Source: a virus
Direction: 5' to 3' (one strand)
IMG/VR virus record: IMGVR_UViG_3300044733_000695
Location: 9,029-73,028 of that record
Length of the DNA stretch: 64,000 nt
Of the stretch, positions 1-9,566 are shown in pieces (positions within the stretch are counted from its first letter, which is position 1; each line of letters starts with the position of its first letter). Below the pieces are notes generated by a model, which saw only the letters and a program-made list of their open reading frames with translations, had not been told where the DNA came from and ran no database searches. A program made the translations under genes and the position numbers.

Positions 1-2
1 TC

Positions 3-956
3 CTGTGCCGCAGCTTTGAGAACTGGAGCCGCATCATCGGTTTAAACCTTGCCTGGGTGCTGGCTGATGAGATTGATACGGTGACGCCCAGCATTGCTAA
101 TAAGGCATTCCCCAAAATCCTTGGCCGACTCCGCAGCGGCAATGTCCGGCAGTTTGGCGCGGCATCGACGCCAGAGGGCTTCCGGTGGATGTGGAACACC
201 TTCGGCAGCGACGAGGCCAAGGCAAGGCCTGACCGGCATCTGATCAAGATGCGCACCGTTGACAATCCGCACCTACCACCGGATTTCATCGAGCGGCTGG
301 AAGCCAACTACGACCCAAGCCTGCTGCGGGCGTACCTAGACGGAGAGTTTGTCAACCTGACAACCGGGCAGGTCTATGACCGTTTCGACCGGGCGAAGCA
401 TGTGGTCAGCGAGCTGCCGGATACTGACCGCGAACCCCTAAGGGTTGGCGTTGACTTTAACGTTGGCAACATGTCGGCGGTGATCGCTATCAGGATTGGC
501 AGCAGCCTGCTGGTGATTGATGAGATCAGCGGCGCCCACGACACCGACGCACTGGCGCAGGAGGTGATCAGGCGCTACCCCGATAGGCGGATGTACGCCT
601 ACCCAGATGCCAGCGGCGGCAACCGCAGCACCAACGCAAGCCAGACCGATGTGCAGATCCTTGAGAGCTATGGCATGTCCAACCAGTCACCGCGAGCAAA
701 TCCTCCCGTTCGTGATCGGGTGGCTGCTGTTCAGGCTTTGCTGGAAAACGGCAAAGGGCAGGTCAGGTTGCAGGTGTCAGAAACTTGCAAGCGGGTCATC
801 GAATGCTTAGAGCTGCAGTGCTACACCGACAAGGGCGAGCCGGACAAGGACGCGGGCTTTGACCACATGAACGACGCGCTCGGCTACCTGGTGTGGCGCG
901 AGTTCAACCCGCTGCACGCTGGCGCTGGCCGGAGCACGGGCATTCGGCTTTACTAG
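3..956 (+). CDS. terL: Terminase large subunit, C-terminal part (5' truncated by window), phage A
   Basis: Frame open from base 3; Walker B-like WVLADEID, ASTP motif, nuclease motifs GVDFN, YPDASG, DHMNDALGY; upstream of portal. Confidence 0.92.
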   Translation: MCRSFENWSRIIGLNLAWVLADEIDTVTPSIANKAFPKILGRLRSGNVRQFGAASTPEGFRWMWNTFGSDEAKARPDRHLIKMRTVDNPHLPPDFIERLEANYDPSLLRAYLDGEFVNLTTGQVYDRFDRAKHVVSELPDTDREPLRVGVDFNVGNMSAVIAIRIGSSLLVIDEISGAHDTDALAQEVIRRYPDRRMYAYPDASGGNRSTNASQTDVQILESYGMSNQSPRANPPVRDRVAAVQALLENGKGQVRLQVSETCKRVIECLELQCYTDKGEPDKDAGFDHMNDALGYLVWREFNPLHAGAGRSTGIRLY

Positions 957-958
957 GG

Positions 959-987
959 TTGACCACGGCGGCAAACGCTGGTATCTT
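959..987 (+). promoter_or_regulatory. Sigma70-type promoter
   Basis: TTGACC-17 bp-TATCTT with TGn extension; first 15 bp identical to the minus-strand promoter at 31466-31480. Confidence 0.65.
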
Positions 988-1027
988 TTGCTCACGGCCA
1001 GTCGGCCGCCCACCTACCATCCCAACC

Positions 1028-1171
1028 ATGACCACCAACCCCTGGCTCAATCGCTTTGCAGCCCTGACGCTGCTGTTCATGATGTACGGCGTTGGCATCA
1101 GCGTCGGCCGTGACCAGGCCGTGCAAGCGCATCACAACCACCCGGCCTGCCATCAGGGGCTGAAGCCGTAA
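1028..1171 (+). CDS. Small membrane protein, 47 aa
   Basis: MTTNPWLNRFAALTLLFMMYGVGISVGRDQ...HPACHQGLKP; clear homologue at 35250-35393 (-). Confidence 0.75.
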   Translation: MTTNPWLNRFAALTLLFMMYGVGISVGRDQAVQAHHNHPACHQGLKP

Positions 1172-1200
1172 ACTGACATCATTGTCAGCAGTTAGCGGTC

Positions 1201-2640
1201 GTGTATACAGGCTTTAATGCGTATGACCGGCCGCTAGCGCAGCGCACCGTATCGAAGGTCAATGACCCTAATACAAGCTGGTACGCGCAAGAGCCACACT
1301 GGATCCTGATCGAGGATCTGCTGCAGGGCACCTACGGCATGCGCAAGAAGCATCGCCGTTACCTGCCGCAAGAACCACGCGAGCTAGACGAGTCCTACGA
1401 CAACCGCCTAGCTCGTAGCGTCTGCCCGCCGTATTACATCCGCCTAGAGCGCATGTTGGCCGGCATGCTGACCCGCAAGCCCGTCCGACTGGATGACACC
1501 GCCGACGCAATCCGCGAGCAACTATTCGACGTAGACCTGCAAGGCAATGACCTCAATGTCTGGACCTATGAAGCAGCCCGCAAAATGGTCCGTTATGGCC
1601 ACATTGGTACATTGGTGGATGCACCGGCTAATGGGGGTCGACCCTATTGGGTGACCTACACGCCCCGGCAGATCCTTGGCTGGCGCACCGAGACGCAAGA
1701 GGGCAAGCAAGTGCTGACCCAGTTGCGGCTATCGGAAGTGGTCACAGTGCCAGATGGCGAGTTTGGCGAGAAAGCCGTCGAGCAGGTTCGTGTCCTAACG
1801 CCTGGCGAGTACCGCATCCACCGCAAGCAGGACAGCGGTGAGTTCACCGTTGTCGATGAAGGCCGCACCAGCCTTAGCCAAATCCCGTTCAGCATTGCCT
1901 ACGCGCAACGGCATGGTTTTATGGAGTCGCGCCCGCCGCTGGAAGACATCGCAGAGCTGAACCTAAAGACCTATCAGATCCAGTCAGACCTCGACAATAT
2001 CCTCCATGTCTCAGCGGTGCCCATGCTGGCGCTGTTCGGCTTCCCGTCAAGCGCTGAGGAAGTATCAGCCGGACCCGGCGAGGCGATTGCATTTCCTGCT
2101 GAAGGCCGCGCTGAGTACATCGAACCAGCAGGCCGCAGCTTCGAGGCGCAGTTCCGCCGGCTTGAGCAGCTTGCGTTGCAGATCAATGAGCTTGGCCTGT
2201 CCGCAGTGCTAGGTCAGAAGCTGAGCGCCGAGACCGCTGAGGCAAAGCGCATTGACCGCAGCCAAGGCGACAGCACCATGATGGTGATTGCGCAAAACAT
2301 GCAGGACATGATCGACAACTGCCTGCAGTTTCACGCGCAGTACCTCGGCAATGCCACTGCCGCCGGCAGCGCCTACGTCAACCGTGACTTCCTCGGCGCA
2401 CGCCTTGAACCGCAGGACATCGCCGCGCTGCTGTCGCTGTACACCGCTGGCACCATCTCGCAGGAGACATTGCTCCGCGAGCTTGCGGAAGGCGACGTGT
2501 TGGGCGATAACTTTGATGTGGACGAGGAGCTGGAGGCCACATCCAATGCGGGGCTTGACCTATCGGATGCTGGACGTCCTGACAGACTGGTTGATAGCAG
2601 TGATGATCTGGGTGGAGCCGAAGAAACCGAGGAAACCTGA
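1201..2640 (+). CDS. Portal protein (SPP1 gp6/DUF4055-like)
   Basis: 479 aa after terL; YLPQEPRE...YDNRLARS N-terminal motif; acidic tail. Confidence 0.88.
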   Translation: MYTGFNAYDRPLAQRTVSKVNDPNTSWYAQEPHWILIEDLLQGTYGMRKKHRRYLPQEPRELDESYDNRLARSVCPPYYIRLERMLAGMLTRKPVRLDDTADAIREQLFDVDLQGNDLNVWTYEAARKMVRYGHIGTLVDAPANGGRPYWVTYTPRQILGWRTETQEGKQVLTQLRLSEVVTVPDGEFGEKAVEQVRVLTPGEYRIHRKQDSGEFTVVDEGRTSLSQIPFSIAYAQRHGFMESRPPLEDIAELNLKTYQIQSDLDNILHVSAVPMLALFGFPSSAEEVSAGPGEAIAFPAEGRAEYIEPAGRSFEAQFRRLEQLALQINELGLSAVLGQKLSAETAEAKRIDRSQGDSTMMVIAQNMQDMIDNCLQFHAQYLGNATAAGSAYVNRDFLGARLEPQDIAALLSLYTAGTISQETLLRELAEGDVLGDNFDVDEELEATSNAGLDLSDAGRPDRLVDSSDDLGGAEETEET

Positions 2641-2863
2641 AATTGATTACACCATGTGCGAGCTGCCGGATAACATCCTGGCCATTGTGCGCATGAAGTA
2701 TTACAAAGGCGGCAAGGCTGATGAGGTAGACCAAGTGGTGCTGTACGAGGACGGCCAAAATGGCTATGAGGCCTTTGCGGCAGCGGTTAACGGCGCCCTT
2801 GCCCGTGGTGCTGATGTAAGCATCAGGTCGCAGTACCGCCCCGATCAGCTAGGCATCATCTAA
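2567..2863 (+). CDS. Hypothetical protein
   Basis: ATG at 2567 within ORF 2351-2863; stop abuts the next ATG. Confidence 0.55.
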   Translation: MLDVLTDWLIAVMIWVEPKKPRKPEIDYTMCELPDNILAIVRMKYYKGGKADEVDQVVLYEDGQNGYEAFAAAVNGALARGADVSIRSQYRPDQLGII

Positions 2864-4086
2864 TGTCAACACCAGAATCGCTATACCGCAACGCCATTGA
2901 CCTAAACAGGTTCAGCAATAGCGTTGGCCGGCGCATCATCAATGCCTATAACGACATCATCATTGATGCGGTCAATCAGCTCCGCACTATTGATGAGCTA
3001 GCCGCTCCGGTCAAGGCTGCCAGACTGCGGGCGATCCTTGCGCAGCTAAAGGACAGCCTTGCAACCTGGGCTGGTGACGCAACCGAAATAACCGCAACCG
3101 AGCTGCAGGGCATCGCGCAGTTGCAGTCTGAGTTTGTGGCCGATCAGTTGCAACGTGCATTGCCTGCTGGTGCCCGTGATGCAGTACGCACCGTGGAGAT
3201 CAGCCCGCAGTTTGCGCAGTCGGTGGTCACAACTGACCCAACCCAAATCAACGTGGTGGCGCTTAGTGATGACCTGTTCGCCGCAGTGCAGGGCGCACCG
3301 GCAACTTTCAGCCTGACCGCTGCCCAAGGTGCCACGATCACGTTGCCCAATGGCGAGGTGGTCAGCAAGGCGTTCCGTGGCATTGCCGTTGATCAAGCCG
3401 AGCGGTTCTCGCAGGTCGTCCGCCAAGGACTGCTGACCGGCGAGCCGACTCCTGCTATTGCTAAGCGGCTGATCGGCAGCCTGCAGTTTGGCGAGGAGGC
3501 CAAAACCGTCAAGCAGCTTATCGCCGCAGGCGGGCAGGCAACAGCCGTAGCCGACAATCAAGTCATCGCCCTCGTTCGCACGAGCATCAATCAAGTGGCC
3601 AATACCGCCAGCCAGCAGGTGTACGAGGCGAACCAGGACATCACACCGCGTTATCGGTACGTCGCTACGCTTGACACCCGCACCAGCGCGATCTGCCGGG
3701 CGCTGGATGGCCAAGAGTTTGAATACGGCAAGGGTCCAACGCCGCCGCAGCACTTCAACTGTCGCAGCACGACCGTTCCGGTGATCGATTATGACGCCTT
3801 AGGCTTTGCCCCGCCGCCGCCGAGTAAACGCGCTGCAGCAGGCGGCATGGTGCCGGCAAACGTTAGTTACGGAGAATGGCTAAAGGCAAAGCGGCCAGGA
3901 GAAACGGACGCCGATCTACTAGCTCGCCAAGCAACCGCGCTTGGCGCGGGCAAAGTCCCTTATTTTCGCAAGCTGTCTGAAAAGTATGGACCGCAAAACG
4001 CACTCGCCAAGCTGGTCCGCGACGATGGGTCAGAGCTAACCTTGGATCAGTTGCGGGCTCGATACGGTGCCGTTAAAGCGCGGTAA
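2863..4086 (+). CDS. Minor head morphogenesis protein (MuF/SPP1 gp7 family)
   Basis: ATLDTRTSAICRALDG and PPQHFNCRST motifs; follows portal. Confidence 0.9.
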   Translation: MSTPESLYRNAIDLNRFSNSVGRRIINAYNDIIIDAVNQLRTIDELAAPVKAARLRAILAQLKDSLATWAGDATEITATELQGIAQLQSEFVADQLQRALPAGARDAVRTVEISPQFAQSVVTTDPTQINVVALSDDLFAAVQGAPATFSLTAAQGATITLPNGEVVSKAFRGIAVDQAERFSQVVRQGLLTGEPTPAIAKRLIGSLQFGEEAKTVKQLIAAGGQATAVADNQVIALVRTSINQVANTASQQVYEANQDITPRYRYVATLDTRTSAICRALDGQEFEYGKGPTPPQHFNCRSTTVPVIDYDALGFAPPPPSKRAAAGGMVPANVSYGEWLKAKRPGETDADLLARQATALGAGKVPYFRKLSEKYGPQNALAKLVRDDGSELTLDQLRARYGAVKAR

Positions 4087-4210
4087 GTCTCAGGAGGTCA
4101 TCTCGGAGAACATCCGCCGCGAGATCAAGGCCGGCAAAACGCCAGCCCAAGCGGCAGCCATCGCGTACGCAAAAGCCGGCAAAAGCCGCAAACGTAAACC
4201 CAAGCGCTAA
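4067..4210 (+). CDS. Small basic protein, 47 aa
   Basis: GTG start; MPLKRGKSQEVISENIRREIKAGK...QAAAIAYAKA, a recurrent small phage head-region protein type. Confidence 0.65.
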   Translation: MPLKRGKSQEVISENIRREIKAGKTPAQAAAIAYAKAGKSRKRKPKR

Positions 4211-4279
4211 GGCCATGCCTAAGTACACCGGACCAGCCAAGCCTCAAAAGCCCATGCCTAAGAAAGGAGGCAAGAAAAA

Positions 4280-4501
4280 GTGAAACGCGGCGACCGTGTT
4301 AGCTGGAACTACCAAGGCACGCGCACCTTTGGTGTGATCACCAGCATTGGCGGCGAACGGGCGACCATACCAACGCAAGGCGGTGGCAGCGTCACCCGCG
4401 TTGGCAGCATGGATGATCCAATCGTTCGGATCAAATCCGAGTCAACCGGCAACGCGGTCATCAAAAAGCGGTCAGAGCTGAAACCTGCACCACGGCGATG
4501 A
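4280..4501 (+). CDS. DUF2945/Tudor-like small protein
   Basis: KRGDRVSW...GSMDDPIVRIKSESTGNAVIKKRSEL pattern. Confidence 0.6.
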   Translation: MKRGDRVSWNYQGTRTFGVITSIGGERATIPTQGGGSVTRVGSMDDPIVRIKSESTGNAVIKKRSELKPAPRR

Positions 4502-4770
4502 TTACCTATCGCGGCGAGCAGTTCGAGGGTTACAACAAACCCAAGCGGACGCCTAAGCATCCGACCAAATCGCACGCGGTACTGGCCAAGGATGGCGAAA
4601 CCGTCAAGTTGATCAGGTTCGGCCAGCAGGGGGTATCTGGCTCACCACCACGAACAGGAGAAACAGCAGCAGCGAAGGCCAGACGGGCATCATTTAAAGC
4701 AAGGCACGCCAGTAACATTGCTCGTGGGAAGATGTCACCGGCTTATTGGGCGGACAAGGTGAAATGGTAG
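4498..4770 (+). CDS. Small basic hypothetical protein
   Basis: KLIRFGQQG...RRASFKARH...AYWADKVKW; ATGA coupling. Confidence 0.7.
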   Translation: MITYRGEQFEGYNKPKRTPKHPTKSHAVLAKDGETVKLIRFGQQGVSGSPPRTGETAAAKARRASFKARHASNIARGKMSPAYWADKVKW

Positions 4771-4957
4771 CCCGCTCCTGCTGGTGTATCCAGTCCTTTA
4801 GCTCAGTGATGTACTGCCGCAACTCATGCGCCTTTGCGGCGTGCCAGCCGTTGCCAGTTTTGCGGTACAGGTGCTCATGCCGGTCGATCGCATCTAGCGC
4901 CTGCTTGATCAGTGCATTCCACGGGCCGCGTATTGGTGTATCCCATTCGCGTGCCAT
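4694..4957 (-). CDS. Hypothetical protein, antisense within the head module
   Basis: MAREWDTPIRGPW...AIDRH...LRQYITELKDWI; homologue of 32449-32634. Confidence 0.7.
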   Translation of the reverse strand: MAREWDTPIRGPWNALIKQALDAIDRHEHLYRKTGNGWHAAKAHELRQYITELKDWIHQQERATISPCPPNKPVTSSHEQCYWRALL

Positions 4958-5007
4958 TATCGGCATAGCTGGTACGATGACAGCGTAATTAAGCCTGCGG
5001 CTTATCC

Positions 5008-5688
5008 ATGTCCGATGAAACACAAACCCAGGAGCCTGCGGCTACCGGGGGTGACAATAACGACGCATTGCAACGCAGTGTGGAAGCGCTTGAGCGCAAA
5101 AATAAAGAGCTGATTGCAGAATTGCGTGCTGCCAAAAAGGCGCCAGCATTGCCTGATGGGGTTGATGTCAATGAGCTATTGGAGTTCAAGCGCAACCACG
5201 AGCAACAGCAGCTTGAATCGCAAGGCAAGTATCAAGAGGCGCGACAAGCTCTGGAGCAGCAGTTCCGTGAGGCGACGGCGGAAAAGGACCAGCGCATTGC
5301 CGCACTGGAAAGCCGCGTCCGCGAGTTGGAACTGGTCACGCCAGCAGTAACAGCACTGGCTGACATCGTGCATGACCCCGACCTGGTGCTAAAGACCAAG
5401 CTGAGCGCTGATCAGATTGAACGCGACCCTGACGGCACCGTGGTAGTGGTTGATGGCTACCAGCGCACGCCAGTCAGCGAGTGGGCAAAGACGCTGCCGG
5501 CATGGATGCAAAAGCAACCCAAGCCGCAGGGCAGCGGCGCACCATCAGCCGGTGCTAGCACTGGCGGCATCCCAGCGGGCATGGCAAACCCATTCAGCCG
5601 CGATAGCTTCAATCTGACTGAACAGGCGCGACTGTTCCGCACTGATCGTGATTTGTACGATCGCATGAAAGCAGCAGCTAACCGTTAA
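5008..5688 (+). CDS. Capsid scaffolding protein
   Basis: Coiled-coil-like, acidic N-terminus, NPF...NLTEQ C-terminus; directly before the coat gene. Confidence 0.82.
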   Translation: MSDETQTQEPAATGGDNNDALQRSVEALERKNKELIAELRAAKKAPALPDGVDVNELLEFKRNHEQQQLESQGKYQEARQALEQQFREATAEKDQRIAALESRVRELELVTPAVTALADIVHDPDLVLKTKLSADQIERDPDGTVVVVDGYQRTPVSEWAKTLPAWMQKQPKPQGSGAPSAGASTGGIPAGMANPFSRDSFNLTEQARLFRTDRDLYDRMKAAANR

Positions 5689-5759
5689 GCTATTGCCAAC
5701 CGGCTGCGCTGGTGCTTTGGGCTGCGCCCACACCGTAAACCATTCCCCCGAGATGAATC

Positions 5760-6785
5760 ATGGCGACTCTTCGCTCTGACATCATCATCCCAGAGGTTTT
5801 TACGCCTTACGTCATTGAGCAAACCACGCAGCGTGATGCCTTCCTGGCTAGCGGTGTGGTGCAGCCTCTGGCGGAGCTGAATGCAACTGAGGGTGGTGAC
5901 TTTATCAACGTCCCCTTCTGGAAAGCCAACCTTTCCGGTGACTTCGAGGTGCTGACCGACAGCAGCTCGCTGACCCCCGGCAAGATCACTGCTGACAAGC
6001 AGGTCGGCGTCATCCTGCACCGTGGCCGTGCTTTTGAGGCTCGTGACCTGGCAGCCCTGGCTGCTGGTGCCGATCCCATGGCCGCCATCGGCGCCAAGAT
6101 CGCTGACTACGTTGCCAACCAGCGCCAAAAGGACCTGCTGTCCTGCCTGGCCGGCGTGTTCGGCGCCCTGGGCAATAATGCGACTGCTCCCTTTGTGGAC
6201 CTGTCGATCGACGGCCTGACCGCTGACACCCCGACTGTTCTGAGCCCCCGTCACGTTGCCGAAGCCCGCAGCCTGCTGGGCGACCAAGGCGACAAGCTGA
6301 CTGCCATCTGCATGCACTCCAAGGTCTACTACGACCTGGTTGAGCGTCGTGCTATTGATTACGTCAGCACTGCCGAAGCCCGTGGCAGCACCACCACCCA
6401 GTCGGGCGGTTCGATGGTTGCTGCTTACGGCGGCGAAGTGAACGTGCCGACCTACATGGGTCTGCGCGTGATCGTGTCTGACGATGTGCAGACCGACGGC
6501 AGCGGCGCCAGCACCGAGTACGCCACCTACTTCTTCACCCAGGGCGCTGTTGCCTCCGGCGAACAGCTTGCAATGCAGACTGAAACCGACCGTGACATCC
6601 TCGCCAAGAGCGATGCCATGTCGATCGACCTGCACTACTGCTACCACCCTGTTGGCGCTAAATGGGGCGTCACCACGGTCAACCCGACCCGCGCTCAACT
6701 GGAGACCATCACAAACTGGTCGAAGGTGTACGAGACCAAGAACATTGGTATCGTCCGCGCCACCAACACCTCTAACTTCGATTGA
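5760..6785 (+). CDS. Major capsid protein, phage A
   Basis: 341 aa; TLRSDIIIPEVF, GGDFINVPFW, ETDRDIL motifs; strongly biased codons. Confidence 0.9.
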   Translation: MATLRSDIIIPEVFTPYVIEQTTQRDAFLASGVVQPLAELNATEGGDFINVPFWKANLSGDFEVLTDSSSLTPGKITADKQVGVILHRGRAFEARDLAALAAGADPMAAIGAKIADYVANQRQKDLLSCLAGVFGALGNNATAPFVDLSIDGLTADTPTVLSPRHVAEARSLLGDQGDKLTAICMHSKVYYDLVERRAIDYVSTAEARGSTTTQSGGSMVAAYGGEVNVPTYMGLRVIVSDDVQTDGSGASTEYATYFFTQGAVASGEQLAMQTETDRDILAKSDAMSIDLHYCYHPVGAKWGVTTVNPTRAQLETITNWSKVYETKNIGIVRATNTSNFD

Positions 6786-6796
6786 GGTAACTAACC

Positions 6797-7216
6797 ATGG
6801 CACAACCTTCCCAGTTTGAACTGTCCACAGAGCAGTACATCGTTGCTGACCACTACATCGCCTCCTCGGTGGCTGATGTGCAGTTCTTCACCGCTCCGGT
6901 GAAGTGCGAAGTGGTCAGCATCCGCGAGGTGCATGCAGTCGCTGGCAATGATGGCTCTGATGTGACCGGCACGATTCGTCGTTGCCAAGGCACCGAAGCT
7001 GCCACCGCTGGCGATGACCTGCTAGGCGCCACCAAGATCAACCTCAAGGGCACTGCTCTGACTGAGCAGAAGTTCGATGCTGCTGATTCTGGTGAGCTGA
7101 CCAGCACCACCGCCAACCTGACCCTGGAGGCTGGCGACCGTCTGTCTCTGGACGTGACCGGCACCACCACCACCCTGGCTGGTGTGATCCTTAGCGTGCT
7201 GCTGAAGCGCGTCTGA
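6797..7216 (+). CDS. Putative capsid decoration/virion protein
   Basis: Follows the capsid gene with the same codon bias; beta-rich. Confidence 0.5.
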   Translation: MAQPSQFELSTEQYIVADHYIASSVADVQFFTAPVKCEVVSIREVHAVAGNDGSDVTGTIRRCQGTEAATAGDDLLGATKINLKGTALTEQKFDAADSGELTSTTANLTLEAGDRLSLDVTGTTTTLAGVILSVLLKRV

Positions 7217-7327
7217 TGGGTCTGTTCGCTTTCCGGCGACTGCGTGAAAAGGAGGCTGCTGCTAACGCGGCGGCCTCTCTTTCTATGCCAGAGCCAACTC
7301 CTACACTGACCCCAGAGGTCCAGACCG

Positions 7328-7891
7328 ATGGCAGTAGTAATCGACGCAACAGTGGGCGGCGCAAACGCCAACAGCTACCTGACGCTGGCTGACGCTACCG
7401 CCATCATTGATGGCTTTGTCGAGAATCCAGACGTGCAGCACTGGAACAGCGGCAACACTGATAGCCGCAACCGGGCGCTGTTTACCGCAACGCAACGGCT
7501 AGACCGTGAGCGGTTTCTTGGCGCACGGGCGACTGATACCCAAGCGCTGCAGTGGCCACGCACTGGCGTGCGCAAGCCTGACACCTATATCAATACCTAC
7601 GCGGTTGGGTTCCCGTTCCGCATAACGACGGACTATTTCACCGACACCGAGATCCCGACGCAGATCAAGTATGCGCAGGTGTTGCTGGCGGTCTATCTGC
7701 ACAACAACACCAGCGGCCTTGACCTGAGCGGCCTTGAGGATTACAAAAACGTCAAGATCGGCAGCCTTGACGTGACGCCTAACCTTGGCTATGGCGCTGT
7801 TGGCGCCGACCGCGTGCCGCCGTTGATGGAAAGATACCTGACTGGGCTTAGAATCAGTGGACCAGGCAACGTTTCCATCCGCCGGAGCTGA
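7328..7891 (+). CDS. Head-tail adaptor (DnaT-like phage family)
   Basis: GGANANSYLTLADA and QALQWPR motifs. Confidence 0.78.
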   Translation: MAVVIDATVGGANANSYLTLADATAIIDGFVENPDVQHWNSGNTDSRNRALFTATQRLDRERFLGARATDTQALQWPRTGVRKPDTYINTYAVGFPFRITTDYFTDTEIPTQIKYAQVLLAVYLHNNTSGLDLSGLEDYKNVKIGSLDVTPNLGYGAVGADRVPPLMERYLTGLRISGPGNVSIRRS

Positions 7892-7893
7892 TC

Positions 7894-8124
7894 ATGGGTT
7901 ACAAGTACCCCGGTGCTGAATACATCAGCGACACTGTTGCTCACACTGGCCGCTTCGGCAAGATTGTATCGCTTGAGGCCAGCACTGTGATTAGCAGCCT
8001 GACCGCACTGGACTACACCGGCAACGCACTGACCTCAGTGGTGCTGGACCCTAGCTGCGAGCTGGAAGGTGTGTTTACCAGCATCACACTGGCAACTGGT
8101 TCCGTCGTCGCTTATCGCCTCTGA
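7894..8124 (+). CDS. Small virion protein
   Basis: GVFTSITLATGSVVAY C-terminus; in operon. Confidence 0.6.
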   Translation: MGYKYPGAEYISDTVAHTGRFGKIVSLEASTVISSLTALDYTGNALTSVVLDPSCELEGVFTSITLATGSVVAYRL

Positions 8125-8483
8125 TGGCGCTTGCTGATTCGCTGCGATCAGTCGCCAGCAAAGTGATGGCAAGGTTTGGCGGCGATGTGACGATTCGCAT
8201 CGTGACGCCTGGGACCTACAACACCACTACTGGCGCCATCACCGAGTCAGTTTCTGACACCGGCATCAAGGGCGTGCTTGAAGATGTCAGCGTGCGCGAG
8301 GTCAACGAACTGGTACAGGCAGGCGATAAACGGTTGATCGTGGCTGCGTTGGACCTAAATGGCACAGTGCCTGACACGGTTGACCGTGTGGTGATCAACA
8401 GCATCAGCCATCAAATCATTCGCGTTGACACGATCGAGCAGGACAACACCGCGATCACTTACGAACTGATCCTGAGGGCATAA
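8124..8483 (+). CDS. Head closure/head-tail joining protein
   Basis: GTYNTTTG and VQAGDKR motifs; position. Confidence 0.7.
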   Translation: MALADSLRSVASKVMARFGGDVTIRIVTPGTYNTTTGAITESVSDTGIKGVLEDVSVREVNELVQAGDKRLIVAALDLNGTVPDTVDRVVINSISHQIIRVDTIEQDNTAITYELILRA

Positions 8484-8485
8484 CG

Positions 8486-8926
8486 ATGGCACGCCGCATT
8501 AACCTAGCCGACATCGGCAACTACAGTTTGCAAAAGTATGAGCAGTTGCTGCGTATCACGGTACTAGAAACTGACAGACGGCTTAAAGAGGCTAGTCCGG
8601 TTGATACCGGCAGATTGCGCCTTGCGTGGTCCATCAGCGAGCAAGGCACGCCCGGCTACGACCCTGGCCCGCAAAGTGGTGTTGCTGGCATTGCACCACC
8701 ACGTCGGCTTGACTATCAAGTTGAGCGGGCAGGCAATGTGTACCACATCCATAACAGCTTGCCCTACACCGAGCCTGTGCTGTATGGCAACAATCTGCCA
8801 GCATCATGGCAAGGGCAGTGGCGATCCAAGAACAATCAAATCACCAAGGGATACCCGGACATCATCGCCCGCGAGATGACCGCATGGGCGCGGCAGCAAG
8901 CTGACCGCATCGGGAGGCAAGACTAA
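8486..8926 (+). CDS. Neck/tail completion protein (HK97 gp10-like)
   Basis: SPVDTGRLRLAW and NSLPY motifs. Confidence 0.78.
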   Translation: MARRINLADIGNYSLQKYEQLLRITVLETDRRLKEASPVDTGRLRLAWSISEQGTPGYDPGPQSGVAGIAPPRRLDYQVERAGNVYHIHNSLPYTEPVLYGNNLPASWQGQWRSKNNQITKGYPDIIAREMTAWARQQADRIGRQD

Positions 8927-9564
8927 TGGCAGCTGTCAACCTAAACACCGTTCGCGCCACCATTGAGGCACGATTAACGGCTGAGCTGACCAGCCTCACG
9001 ACGACATACACTCAAACCGGCACTGTCGTTACGATCAACGCCACTGCGCACGGTTACTACGTCGGCCAGTCGCTGACGTTGGACTACACATCTGGCGGCG
9101 GCGTTGACGGCACGTTCACTGTGGTCACCACAGCAACCAACTCTTTTACCGTGACTGCTGCCGGTGCGTTGACAACCAGCGGAAATGTTACAGTGGTTAG
9201 CTCGCTGGGCAGCACCTTGCCGGTTGTCTTCCACAACCAGCCGTACATCCCAACGCCCGGTAGCTCATGGGTGCAGTGCCTGGTCAGCTTTGGCAACAAC
9301 AACTACCTGACCATGGGCGGCACCACTGGCAGCAGCAACAGCGTCATTGGCGCCATCGTGGTCAATATCTTTACCGCTAAGGGCGTTGGCCCTGGCGCTA
9401 ACTACACAATTGGTAAACGCATCAGAGACCTTTACAATAGACAAGTAATCAGCGGCGTCCATTTTGACCCGCCCACTGGCCCAGAGGTGGTGGCTGCGCC
9501 AGCTCCTGAGGGTTACTTCCAAGCACAGGTCAGAATGACCTTTGAAACCTTCGAGGATCTCTAG
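8926..9564 (+). CDS. Tail terminator with inserted Thr-rich beta domain
   Basis: Position before tail tube; VNIFTAKGVG motif; about 70 aa insert near residues 25-93. Confidence 0.7.
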   Translation: MAAVNLNTVRATIEARLTAELTSLTTTYTQTGTVVTINATAHGYYVGQSLTLDYTSGGGVDGTFTVVTTATNSFTVTAAGALTTSGNVTVVSSLGSTLPVVFHNQPYIPTPGSSWVQCLVSFGNNNYLTMGGTTGSSNSVIGAIVVNIFTAKGVGPGANYTIGKRIRDLYNRQVISGVHFDPPTGPEVVAAPAPEGYFQAQVRMTFETFEDL

Positions 9565-9566
9565 CC

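Noticed and set aside
5685-6803. Long antisense ORFs (also 44381-45418, 50007-51068, 53177-53950)
   Set aside because: Shadows of GC-rich, codon-biased sense genes with no recognisable motifs
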